Positions 25,619 through 38,100 of a stretch of 64,000 bases of DNA are shown here, one piece after another. The notes below the pieces were generated by a model, which searched no databases, was not told where the DNA came from, and worked only from the letters and a program-made list of their open reading frames with translations. The position numbers were made by a program, and so were the translations under genes. Within the stretch, counting starts at the first letter, position 1; every line of letters begins with the position of its first letter. This DNA comes from Octopus sinensis (lineage: Eukaryota), in contig NC_043006.1 in NCBI RefSeq assembly GCF_006345805.1, positions 61,566,001-61,630,000 on the forward strand. Direction: 5' to 3'.

Positions 25619-27829
25619 AGTTTCACCACTGAATGCATCTCTTGTTATTGGTGCTGTTGTAGCTATTATTATCATCAGTAGTAGTAGTAGTAGTAGTAAT
25701 AGTAGTGGAAGCAGCAGGGCACCAGCAACAGTAGCAGCAGTAGCAGCAGCAACAGTAGTAGTTGTTGAAGTAGTAGTAGTAGCAGTAGTGGTGGTGGTGG
25801 TGGTAGTTCTATTGCTATTGATATGCAGTTTTACGAACATCATATGAACCGTGTCAAGGCTTCATATTTCATAACAAATTTTACACCTGAAGCAATTTGT
25901 ACAGAAATAGTGAGCAATTCATAAGCTTGCCACAACTGTGTTATATAATTTTGTATTTGTTTATCTCAGTGTCCACCTTTAGCTAATTCTTGGAGATTTT
26001 GATGTTTCTCCCGCAGATTCTGTGGATACCCAATATAAATTGCATTCACATGTCTAGGATTTATTTCAATAAGCCAGCCAATAGCAGTAAATTATTCATA
26101 TTTTTTGTCTTTTTTCCATTTGCTTCTGCTTAGTTGTCATAGGGAATACTTTATTCACCCACACATTTTGTTGTTTATCATCGTAATATATGTTACTTGG
26201 GATTCTGTTGCATGATCTGGTCTTTGGGAAAAATCCTAAAGCGTATTAACATATTTTTTTAATAATATTTATTTGTTGTTGCTCTAAATTGTCATCTACA
26301 CAGAATCGAGATAGTCTTCTGACCTTTCCATATATCATTCCTCATGCTGCATCAGGTTACACCTTTGATATGTTTGAAATATTTATCAACTTTCCCTATT
26401 GACATCATTCTTTTGGCTTTTATTACAATTTTTCCTTCTCTCTTTTCTTTTATTCTTTTATGAAAAAAGGTTTTATGATTAACTTTTCATCTTCTTTCTA
26501 TATATTCCCCCGCTATCAGTTTCAGCTTGAAAATATGATACTGTATACTTCATCCTTTCACGTTTTCATTTTCCTTTCTTATTGTCTTTGTTTTATTTCT
26601 GCCTCTATGAATTTGCTGCTGCTTTTCCTTGTTGCAAATATGTGTATATGATCCTTATGACTTCCCCCCAAAATAATATTAACAGGTACACTTCTCCAGT
26701 TTATATTCTTTGTGCTATATTTAGTGAGTCAAAACGGCTTTACTGACCTAAATCCTTATTATGTTTTAATGAAATTGTGATATGATTATCCGATTCAGAG
26801 ATTACGCTTGCCTTTTTTTATGAAGCTATACGCATATTCTTGACATTATCTATTCAGTAGTATTCGCGATACAATGGACCTGTGTGTGAATACTCAGGTT
26901 GCCTTATATAATTTGTAAGTTATCTTCTAGAGCGAATATCTAATAGTGAATGTGTTTATACAAGAATCCTTCTGTTCGTTGTAATCTATTATTATGCTTA
27001 TCTCTAATTTTGATTTTCTTTCACTTAGTCCGTTACTCTTTGGTATTTCAGAATTCAAATATAAATTTTCCGAAGACACTCTGATCTATTTCACGTATCA
27101 GTTTTTTGTTTTCGTTTTTATTTCAAATATCTAAGCAATATTGATTTTATTCAGACGTGTCTGGCGCTTCATTTACTTATTCTTTCACACAGCCCAGACG
27201 CTGACTGAATTTTCCTTTCACTCACAATTCATAAACATTTTGTTTTGTTTAGCTATTTTTTATCCGATGTAAATATTTATTTCTTTGTTTGTCTTTGCAT
27301 TGATTCTTTATTTCTCCGAGCATAGTCACTACATTTTTTGTCTCTCCGCAGTCATTCCGAGATAAGTAAAATAAATGTTGTTAAGGTGAATCTTGGACAA
27401 TTGCAAAACAACGAGAGCAGAAAATGAAAGGGATAGAATTCCCTTACGGATAGAATTCCGATAGAAGACTACAACAATGTATAGTGTGTTGTCAAATGGG
27501 ATCGGACATTATAAGTACGTAGAAGTTGATGATGACTGGGTGAAATACTGCTTGGGATACAGTTACACAAAGCTTCTTCCACTGAGAATATTGCAATGTA
27601 GAGAAAGCTTGAAAATTTGAGCGATTTCAATGTGCGAGATAGAATTTGAAAGGGATTCTATGAGAGACGGCATGTTAATCAGGCTGTTGATACCGATTTT
27701 ATTTTTAATTGTTTTCTCCGCGGCATAGATGTCTCTAATTTGTTTATCCAATTGCATTAAATAATAAAGATAAGTTTTCTTCAGATTATGTCTATGAAAA
27801 GTATGCTACATTTCCCATCCAACGCGAGC

Positions 27830-28000
27830 AGAATAATGGTGCTGATTACCTCATTAGAATTTTGGCACAAGGCCAGCAATTTCACGGGACGGAATAAATT
27901 GACACCAGTAGTCAACTGGTACTAACTTTATCAACCCCTAAATGACGAAGGGCAAATTTGACATCGGCTAGAATTTAAACTCAGAACGTAAAGAAGCCAA
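27830..28000 (-). mobile_element. Degraded SINE fragment
   Basis: Minus strand GAGTTTAAATTCTAGCCGATGTCAAATTTGCCCTTCGTC...GATAAAGTTAGTACCAGTTGACTACTGG resembles a B box plus a common molluscan SINE central domain. Confidence 0.5.
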
Positions 28001-29239
28001 CTTAGACAGTTTTATAATATTAAAACCTGTCTTGGTATGCCTTCTGTAATTCACAAAATAATAGAAAACATAGAATTATTTGAAATATGATATATTTTTC
28101 CCTATATATTTATTAAGAGATATTTTCCACGTAACAATATGAATTCTAATTTACTCATGTCATTATACAATTTACTCAAATGATTATATAATTCAATACA
28201 AAGGTATTTAGACATCAGTCTTACATATCTTTTAGTGGAACGCCACCGTTGATAATTCAATATTATGGTGGGAGCTTCACTTGAGTTTGGTAGAATGGGA
28301 ATCATTTTTAGAGGTGAAGTAGTTTGTGTCTGAAGATGAAGGTTAAACAACATGATGCACTTTCTTTGTATATTATGGGTTTCAGCTTGCAAGGGGAGCT
28401 CATCACTAATGATGCGGCCATGGTTTTGTATATACCATTAGCTGAATTGTGAAGGTAAGAAATACTTAATAGTTTAAGCTTGCTTTCAGTACATCAGTTT
28501 TCGGATATTTATAAACACTACTGAATATATTATAAACGAGAAATCTTAAAATATAAATCTGGAGAGGTGACACATGGCCAGAGAGATTATCAATGTGAAG
28601 AAGACTACTTTTCACAAAGGTAGATGTAAAAAAATAATAAATGTAAAGAAATAAAGTAAAATAAAGCAAACATTCCATTTCTACTCTCCTCTAACCTAAC
28701 TCAGAGTATAAGCCTGAAAATAACTCTGAAATTTATAACCTCTGATCCTGTTATTTAAAGAGCAACTGTAGATTCCAAGAGACGAGTGATGCACAATGTC
28801 AGGACAAAAAGATGTTACAATAATGCTCGTGAGTGGAATGCAGTTTACGGCGTAAGGACAAATTAGAATTATAAGATCTCGGATATTTGTCTCTTTTTAG
28901 AAAGGGAGAGAGAAAGAAAAAAACATTTAAAAATTAGGATGCGAAAATAAAGATGGAATAGTAAAAAATAAATCAACAAAGCAGGAGAAAGAATCCCTGC
29001 AAAGCGAGAGGGTCGTAATGGAGGGAGAGACAGAGAGAGAAAGAAAGTGAATGAAGTGTAAAGAAAAAGACTTATTTCACATGATGTAATAGTGGAAAAT
29101 GGTGTGAGTAGTGGGAATATTTATTATGTGGGTGATGTGGTAGATGTCAAAGCAAAATTCAGTTTAAAGAATTTTAAAATACTATGTGCACAAGAAGAAC
29201 GCATATGGATACATGATCAATGGTTCCATTTTGTTGTTT

Positions 29240-29580
29240 ACGTACATAACTACAGGCGATCTATATAATATGTTGGGATGGTAGCTCCTTGTAGATAAGC
29301 AATGATCTTGGGGTGCTATGATAAATCCTAGTGTTTCTGATTTTAAGCCAGAAGAAACTAACCATATACATGCGCTCAAACAAACAAACATTGAAGGGTA
29401 AGGGCTTTGTCAACATTGACATTATTAGCTGTCTTTGGGTATTTGCTATAAAAGAGGTTTTTTTTGCCTTTTATCAGTAGGGCAGCAGTTTTAACACAGG
29501 TTTTCATACGCTTGTTTCCAGTACGTCTAATTCTGGGACTGGTATTTCAAATTCACTTAGATATCCTTTGCCTGTTTTGC
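29240..29580 (-). mobile_element. RLE LINE fragment (family of 33620-35026)
   Basis: KPLYSKYPKTANN...WLVSSGLKSETLGFIIAPQDHCLSTRSY; 5'-truncated at (TAT)n. Confidence 0.75.
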
Positions 29581-29882
<302 letters not shown>

Positions 29883-29884
29883 AT

Positions 29885-30190
29885 TTTTCTTTCTTCTTTC
29901 AAATTTGCTTCCATTTCTTGCCGAGTGTCTTTCCGACTCCTAGGGCAAAGAAGCTCATAGTATACATTGGTAGGCCATTAACCTAAACTCAGTAGTTCGT
30001 TCATTTTTTTTAAAGTTAAATTAAAATACATGAGTAGTAATAGTTCTCACATCGACAATGCTTTTCTCAATACGTGTGATGTACCAGTTAAGACAATCTT
30101 TTGCACTTCTTGCAGGGATGGTAAGCCACGGATCATTCTCATATAATTTTCGGTCCCCTTCTTGATCATTCCTTGTGCTCCCACGAATCA
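29885..30190 (-). mobile_element. RLE LINE 3' end fragment
   Basis: Minus strand VGAQGMIKKGTE...IRGLPSLQEVQKIVLTGTSHVLRKALS then 3' UTR; flanked by (ATT)n. Confidence 0.7.
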
Positions 30191-30225
30191 TCGTAGTTTA
30201 TTATTATTATTATTATTATTATTAT

Positions 30226-30765
30226 TGAGTGAGCGAGCAGAGCATGCCATCAAAGTGACACTGGGGTAAAATATACGAAGCCCAGTATACCCATCATGAC
30301 TACCCGTCTGATAAGGGTACACCAGGCACATGCATCACAACCATATGTGCGCGACATGGTGATCTCATATCAAGATAAACAGCACATGACCTTGCAGGTG
30401 GAGCCCAGTTAGAATTTTCTTCAGATCGAGTAACCCATCCCGCTCAAAAGGTCCCTGAATAAGGGTTGTTTAAGGACGTTGAACGAAACACCCATGTTTC
30501 CAGAGGTGAATTATTCAAACCCCAAAGAATCCTTCTCAACACATGGCTATGATGCTCCCCCACTACTTCTGCTCGTGATCAGAGATGCACATATCGTCAG
30601 CCACTAAGGGACATGGTCAACTGGTTAAGGTCAAACAACTGACAAGCAAATCTGTGGTATTGAGCAGAATATTTGCTGTAGCCCATCTTTTATACCAAGA
30701 CAAAACAATGTACATGATAACACTTCCAATCAGTTAAGATCAGAAACCATGAGAGCCACTGCCTG

Positions 30766-30767
<2 letters not shown>
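30226..30767 (-). mobile_element. Non-coding ~540 bp retroposed repeat (long LINE 3' UTR or non-autonomous derivative) embedded in (ATT)n
   Basis: (ATT)n on both sides; the terminal ~170 bp recurs inverted at 32116-32285 with the same end ...GCTCTCTCACTC-(AAT)n and a different 5' truncation point. Confidence 0.7.
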
Positions 30768-30804
<37 letters not shown>

Positions 30805-32021
30805 TATTATTATTATTATCATTATCATTATTATTATGTCTGGAGGTAGTCATTCTGTTTAATGCCTCAAATAATTAACGGTCACCGGTTCGATCGGTTC
30901 GATTTCCAAACATTTACTTATTTATTGTCTTCTAGGATTTTCATTGTTTCTTGCAGACTGTTCAATAGTCGTTGACTGTCCATTATCGGAGTTGCGGTCC
31001 TTTTGTTTGTTTGTGTTTTTGTCAGTGTGCATTTGTATGCACATATGTATGTATATATTTGTGTTTGTGTGTGTTCATATATATATATATGTTTCAGTGT
31101 GCATGTGTTTACACATGTATGTGTGCATGTGCATGTATGTATTTGGGGATATACGTTTGTGTGTATGCATGTATGTATGCATGTGTACATGTACGCATCT
31201 TTCCCTATATATATATATATATTATGTGTGCCTTTGTATGTATTCTGCATATTCCTGCGTTTGTGTATCTATGCTTGTGCATTTGTATGTGTGTGTGTAT
31301 TTGTGTGCATGTTTGAGTGCATGTATGTGCATGGATTTGTATGTGGTCTCACAAACACATAACCATTGACATAATCAAACATGCACACACAGGTAGACAG
31401 AGGGACACACACAAAAATACACACACACACTGACATCAGCTATTTATATATATGTTTGTGTGGATCTTTGTATGTATGTATTCTACATATTCATATGTTT
31501 GTGATCATGTGATGTCGTAGGATTTGGTCAACGTAGCGCTGCGGTGTGATGTCATTTCCTCTGCCTGCACTAACATTTTTGAACACATGGGGCCCAGTTC
31601 TTTGATTTAGGTCTATAGCACCTCGAACCATGTTGATTTGGCCGCCCCACGCGTCTCTCTCCATGACACATACGTCTATGTAGCGTTCACCCCTCCTACA
31701 CTACACACTCATTCCTAAGGTATTTTTCGATGCTGTTATCATCATCATCATTCTTCTTCTTCTTTTTCTTCTTCTTCTTCTTCTTCTTCTTCTTCTTCTT
31801 CTTCTTCTCTTCTTCTTCTTATTATTATTAATATTATTGTTGTTGTTGTTGTTGTTGTTCTTGTTGTTATTATTATTATTCAGGTTACTGACTGGAATAG
31901 AACAAAGACTTTCGTGGTTAGTAGCCCGCGCCCTTAACCACTACGCCATATGCCCGTGGGAGCTGCGGTTAAGCGCGAGGCCTACGAACCCCAAGATTCC
32001 GAGTTCGATTCCAGGCAATGA

Positions 32022-32089
<68 letters not shown>

Positions 32090-32115
32090 TAATAATAATA
32101 TAATAATAATAATAA

Positions 32116-32285
32116 GCAAGGTCATGTGCTGTTTATCTTGATATGAGATCACCATGTCGCGCACATATGGTTGTGATGCATGTGCCTGGTGTACCCTTAT
32201 CAGGCGGGTAGTCATGATGGGTATATTGGGTTTCGTATATTTTACCCCAGTGTCACTTTGACGGCATGCACTGCTCTCTCACTCA
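32116..32285 (+). mobile_element. 5'-truncated copy of the 30226-30767 repeat in (AAT)n
   Basis: Reverse complement of ~30226-30395. Confidence 0.8.
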
Positions 32286-32333
32286 ATAATAATAATAATA
32301 ATAATAATAATGATAATACTAATAGTATCATTG

Positions 32334-32425
<92 letters not shown>

Positions 32426-32436
32426 GAATAATAATA

Positions 32437-32859
32437 GGCCAACAGACCAGATATAGTTGTCAGAAACCATGAAGAAAAAAATTGCTTTCTAATTGATGTA
32501 TCAATACCGGCTGATGACAACGTGTCTCTAAAAGAAATGGAGAAACTCTCAAAATACAAAGACCTGGAAATAGAGGTAACTAGAATGTGGAATCTGAAAA
32601 CAGAAACAATTCCTATCATAGTAGGTGCATTAGGCATGATAAAAAAATATTCAGACAAATACATAACAAAAACACCAGGACTTACAAACACATATAACAT
32701 ACAGAAAATTGCACTACTAGGCACAGCACACATCCTACGCAGAACGCGTTCCATACAATAACCATCAGAGCATCACAACAAATCACAGCACATACCCAAG
32801 GCACACAGAGCTGTGCTCGGTAGTGAAGTGAAAGCACGCTATAAAAATAAAACTACTGA
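32437..32859 (+). mobile_element. 5'-truncated R4/Dong-like LINE 3' end in (AAT)n
   Basis: [43 protein letters not shown]...GTAHILRRTRSIQ*, 3' UTR ending AAAATAAAACTACTG-(AAT)n; same family as 35138-35780. Confidence 0.88.
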
Positions 32860-33045
32860 ATAATAATAATGAGAAGAAGAAGAAGAAGAAGAAGAAGAAG
32901 AAGAAGAAGAAAAAGAAGAAGAAGAAGAAGAAGAAGAAGAAGGAGCAGAAGAAGAAGAAGAAGAAGAAGAAGAAGAACAACAACAACAACAACAACATCG
33001 AAAAATACCTCAGGAATGAGAACCCAGATTAAAAATTTCCCCAAG

Positions 33046-33089
33046 ACACCTGATGAAGGTTGAAGCGTATTTCGGCTGAAACGTTGTGT
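33046..33089 (+). ncRNA. Minimal type I hammerhead ribozyme
   Basis: ACAC-CTGATGA-A-GGTTGAAG-CGTA-TTTCGGCT-GAAA-CG-TT-GTGT: stem I ACAC/GTGT, 8 bp stem II with G-U pairs, palindromic AACGTT in place of stem III. Confidence 0.75.
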
Positions 33090-33149
33090 TAACAACAAAC
33101 ATTATGTGGACAATAATCCATCAAATGCAAATAATGAAAATTCTGTTTT

Positions 33150-33590
33150 TATTTTGCTTCTTGTCTCTTTGACCATTTCTGCTTGTCCTCTGACGTGAGT
33201 ATATCAATGCAGCTTGTTTCTATTTTGTATTTTGTCGCCTCCTTGTGTATAGAGAAAAGCGTTTCCTTTTGCTTATGTTGCATAATTACACGCAGTAGTC
33301 TTCCACTGTTTCATTGTCCACATATTGCTATTTTATAGTTGTTCTTTATCTGTATCAGGCCACAACCTCCTTCTGAGCGGAGTAGATATACATTGTCTGC
33401 GTCTCTCTGAAATGGTGTCTTCGATAAGCAGCTTTCTATTTTTTCTATCTCGGTTTCACAATTCACTTATCCGCCATTTTATTGTTTGGGGGCTGTAATT
33501 TCTGACTGGTAAGGCTAACATGTTTATCGTATTTTTAACATTAAGTTCAGGGTTCAATATTAGTCTAACTTTTCTATAACACTCTCTCAT
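33150..33590 (-). mobile_element. RLE LINE post-RT fragment
   Basis: RECYRKVRLILNPELNVKNTINMLALPVRNYS..WRISEL; YLLRSEGGCGLIQI. Confidence 0.7.
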
Positions 33591-33619
33591 TATTATTACT
33601 ATTATTATTATTATTCTAT

Positions 33620-35026
33620 GTTTGACTTTTGCTTTATATTTGTACAAGTTGGCTCCAAGTCTCACCCAGAGACCTCAAGAGACAACAGGGTTGGAAGTTC
33701 ATGTTGTTGTTATGCCTAGTGTGCCATATATTTGGGGGGTGGGGATGTTGTACTAATGAATGTCTAAAAAAAAAAAAAAAGTTTTTTTTTTTTTTTTTTA
33801 ACCGAAAATTATGGTTGTTTTAAACCTTGAGGTTACATAGAGAGTATTTTGCGTAGGATATGAGCAGTTCCCATGAGCTCTATCTTTTGAACTTCTGCCA
33901 TTTTTGGGTTTCCTGGTATCTGAGTTAGGTAGCTATCAGCCTTTTGCTATCATTCCCAGGGCACCTATGACAACAGGTATTGTTTTAGTCTTCAGCTTCC
34001 ACATTTTGCTGATTTCTATTTCAAGATCTTTATATTTGCTCAGTTTTTGTAGGTCCTGACAGATACGTTTATATCGATTGGGACAGTCATATCAATGAGG
34101 AGGCATGTTCTTTGTTTGAAGTCTTTCAATATGATGTCTGGCCTATTTGCATCTATCTTCCTGTCAGTTTGAATGGTGAAGTTCCAGAGGAGTGAGATGT
34201 GGTCATTTTCAAGCACTGGGGGTGGTTTGTGTTCCCACCAGTTTTTTTCATGGGGCAAATCCAGGTTTTTACAGATTACCCAGTGAATATATTGTGCAGC
34301 TCTATCGTGCCTGTTGAGATACTCTGTAGGCGCTAGAAGACTGCACTTGGAGACCACATGGTCAATGGTTTCATTTTGTTGCTTGCATACACGACACGTT
34401 GGACTGCTTCTGATCTTTAATATGTTGGCCTGGTAGTTTCTTGTTGGTAGGCATTGATCTTGAGCTGCTATGGTAAACCCCTCTGTTTCAGATTTTAAGC
34501 CAGAGGCCATTAGCCATTGATGGGTCAGGGCTTTGTCGATATCTGCATTATTCGCTCTCTTTGGGTATTTGCCATAGAGAGGTTTTTCTTGCCATTTATT
34601 ATTCAGAATATCTAAGGCCGCAGTTTTGGCACGGGTTTTCATGCGCCTAGCTTTTTCTGTGCTTGTTTCTTGTATGTCTATCTCTAATTCCGAAATTGGT
34701 TGTATTCGGAATTCACTTAGATATTCCTTTGCCTGTTTTGTGACTGAGTATGATGCTTTCTTGTTTTCATGTTTGAGACAAGTTTTAACATCCAGTCCTC
34801 AGAGTTTTTTCAGGTAGGTGTCTAGGCCAATTGTAGCAATCTTCATTGTTATTGCCAGTTGCAAAAGACCACGGCCTCCCTCTTTTCTTGGCAGATAGAG
34901 TCGTTCTGTATCTGCCTTAGGGTGGTGCATTCTATGCATTGTCAACAGTTCCTTATTTTTCTGTCGAGCTGACATATTTCAGTAATTGACCAGTTAACAA
35001 TATTGAAACTGTAAGTCACGACTGGT
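33620..35026 (-). mobile_element. R4/Dong-like RLE LINE, 5'-truncated 1.4 kb copy between (ATT)n tracts
   Basis: ORF 34040-34642: WQEKPLYGKY, GLKSETEGF.IAAQDQ, CRVC...ETIDHVVSKC, RHD, NRPDIILKD...LIDMTVP; upstream MHHPKADTERLYLPRKEGGRGL. Confidence 0.9.
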
Positions 35027-35045
35027 ATTATTATTATTATTATTA

Positions 35046-35127
<82 letters not shown>

Positions 35128-35137
35128 CATCATCATT

Positions 35138-38100
35138 CAGTAGTTTTATTTTTATAACGTGCTTTCACTTCACTACCGAGCGCAGCTCTGTGTGCCTTGG
35201 GTATGTGCTGTGATTTGTTGTGATGCTCTGATGGTTACTGTATTGACAGTGTTCTGCGTAGGATGTGTGCAATGCCTAGTAGTGCAATTGTCTGCATGTT
35301 ATATGTGTTTGTTATGTATTTGTCTGAATATGTTTTTATCTTGCCCAATGCACCTACTATGATAGGGATTGTTTCTGTTTTTAGATTCCACATTCCAGTG
35401 ACCACTATTTCCAGGTCTTTGTATTTTGAAAGTTTCTCCATTTCTTTTAGAGACACATTGTCATCTGCCGGTATTGATGCATCAATTAGAAAGCATTTTT
35501 TCTCCATGATCTCTGACAACTATATCTGGTCTGTTGGCCTTAATTTCTCTATCTGTGTGTATTGGCATATCCCAGAGTATGGTTGCTTTCTCGTTTTCTG
35601 TGACCTTTTCTGGTGTGTGCCTATACCATCTCTTTTCTGTTGTTATTCCATAATGTTGACATAGCTTCCAGTGTATGTAGGTCCCAAATCTGTCATGTCT
35701 GTGAATATATTACTTCTTAGCCAGGACTGGGCAGCCAGAGATAATATGATTTATTGTTTCTTGTCTATCTCCCCATATTCTGCAGTTACTTGTTATATTT
35801 CTTTTCATTACATGTTTTTGGTAATTTCTGGTGGGGAGGCTTTGGTCTTGTGCTGAAATTAAAAAAACCTGTTTCTGCTTTGAGTCCTGAGCTTCTCAAC
35901 CATTGCTGGGATTTTTCTTTGTCTATTTCTTTTGCATTTAGTTTAGTCCAGTACTTGCCATGAAGGGGCTTTTCTTGCCATCGCTTTATCATGGTCCGTT
36001 GCTGTTCTAGTTTTAGTTTTGATTTCATTTGCTTTATAGCTTTTGTTGTGTTTTCTTCTTTTTCTTCTTCTTCTTCATATTTGTTAGGTGGTATGGTTTC
36101 TTGTTTGTATTTGTCAGCTTCCGTAAATACTGGGAACAATTTCTTTGATTTGCTCGTGTTTTGCCGCTATTTGTATCAGTTTTCCTTGCTTCTGAAGTAG
36201 GTATTTTTGCAGTCCTATGGTGCTTATTTTATAGTAGTTTTCCAGCTGTATAAGGCCTCTACTACCTTCTATAAGTTGTATATATAGCCTTTCTATGTCA
36301 GATTTTGGGTGATGCATTCTAGATCCTGTCATTATTTTTCTTGTTTTCCTATCTATTTTGGTTAGTTCATTTAGCGTCCTGTTAAGGATATTGCAGCTGT
36401 AACTTATAACTGGGGCGACCCACGAATTAACTGCTTGGATTTTATTCCATCTAGTCCATTTTGAGTGCAGCACCAAATTCAGTCTTCGGAAATAAACCAT
36501 CTCAATTGCACTTTCAATTGCTTTTCCATTATCTCGTTGCACAACTGCACCAACGTATTTGTAGCCTTCCGTTTCAATTTGTTTAATCAAGTCTCTATTC
36601 GGTAATTCCACCCCTGCTACAAACTGTACCTTGCCTCTTCTTTGGTAGATTACTCCGCACTTCTTGAGTCCAAATTCCATTCTAATACCAGTACTATCAT
36701 ATTAAACCGTATTCATCATGCAACTCACGTATGTTTCCTCTGCAATTACAGTTTCAAATGATCATGAAGAGGGGCTGGCTGGTTATTTGGGTTTTCTCCT
36801 TTAGTTGGTACTTCAGGTTCATTTGCCCGAGTGCCAATATCAGGTGTGTTATGCAGAGAACGAAATGCTTTGTTCCGTAAGTTTTCAGTGTTCAGTTTTG
36901 CATCCTAACATAGCTCTCTTCATGAAACACGTTATATTCCTCGTTATTCCAAACATATCTAAACACTCGCTGATCCACGAATGTTGACTCATATCTTAAG
37001 CGTTGCAATAGCCAATCTAGGCCAGTTCCAGATTTGTTCTCCTTCGTTAAACAATCTTGCAATATCATTTTGTCTACCAATAGTTGATCTTTGGTGCCTC
37101 TGCATCTCCTTCTTCAGTATTTTTTGTTCCGGCGGTAATATCTCGTTCTCATCAGGAAATTTATACCGCCTTCTGCAATTCCTCCTGACAGTAACCCCCA
37201 CATTAACGGGAGGCTGGAAATTGACATGTAATTGTCAGCAACATTTCCCTTTGATGCATCCATCATACTCAACACCTTTCATCCTTTAGTCAACCAGCCT
37301 GGGATTTCATCTTCTGCATTTATCAATGCATTAAATTGTTCTGCGATCAATTTATGGTACCTACTGAACTTTTCTATCCCAAATCCTGTACACCATCAGA
37401 TCCTGCTGCTTTCCAATTGTTTATCTTTTTACTCATATTTCTGACACTGTCTTCTCTGAAGTGGACAGACGCTTCCTGAAGATAAGAAGCTGTTTGCTTT
37501 AGGCCACAGATCCATTCAGCTGTGGTAATATGTTGTTATTGCTTACTCTATACTTTACCCCAAAATGTCGACTTTCATCAGCATAAGAGACTAATCTTTC
37601 ACGTATTTTATCATCATTAATAACTTGATAAAATGTTTTTGGTCGCTTCTAAGCAATTTGCTTTACTAGTATAGATCAATCCGTTGTTCAAACCTAGTTA
37701 GCTTTGTTGTTGTTGTTTTTTTTATTTTTGCATGTATGCGCAGCTTCAGTCCTTCAACAGTCAGGTCTTTTGTATGTACAGCATACTTCTTCATAACTTT
37801 TTCGAATTTACATTAATTCTTAAGTTCTCTATTTCTTTTCCAGACAACTATTGACACTACACTGTTCAAGGGGTTTATATCTTCAGAAATTCTCCTTTTC
37901 CACCATGGTTGTTTGTTTCGGCTTCTATCAGTCAAGGTTCTATTCTCAGTAGTTCTCAATGCCATCCTTTCCGCCACAATGCTAATAGCAGTGTTGATAA
38001 GAGTATTTGTTTGTGTGATATTCTTTGTTTCAATGTGTCTCAGTACCATATTGACTTTATTCGTCTCTTGATTTAGTCTCTATTGTTTAACCTTTTTAAA

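Larger units (their letters stand above)
31708..33140. mobile_element. Head-to-head pair of tRNA-headed elements with triplet-repeat linker and hammerhead-containing tail; right arm interrupted by two insertions
   Basis: Left arm (minus, 31958->31708) and right arm (plus, 31965->33140) share the tRNA-like head, ACCTG-(AAT)n and the tail CATCGAAAAATACCT.AGGAATGAG; right arm continues into a hammerhead at 33046-33089. Confidence 0.75.

Noticed and set aside
27527-27586. C/D box snoRNA candidate (ATGATGA...CTGA)
   Set aside because: No terminal stem and no guide complementarity to rRNA/snRNA that I could recognise.
31881-32025. Genuine tRNA genes
   Set aside because: No intact acceptor stem or terminator; the heads run into repeat-family tails, so they are SINE-like.
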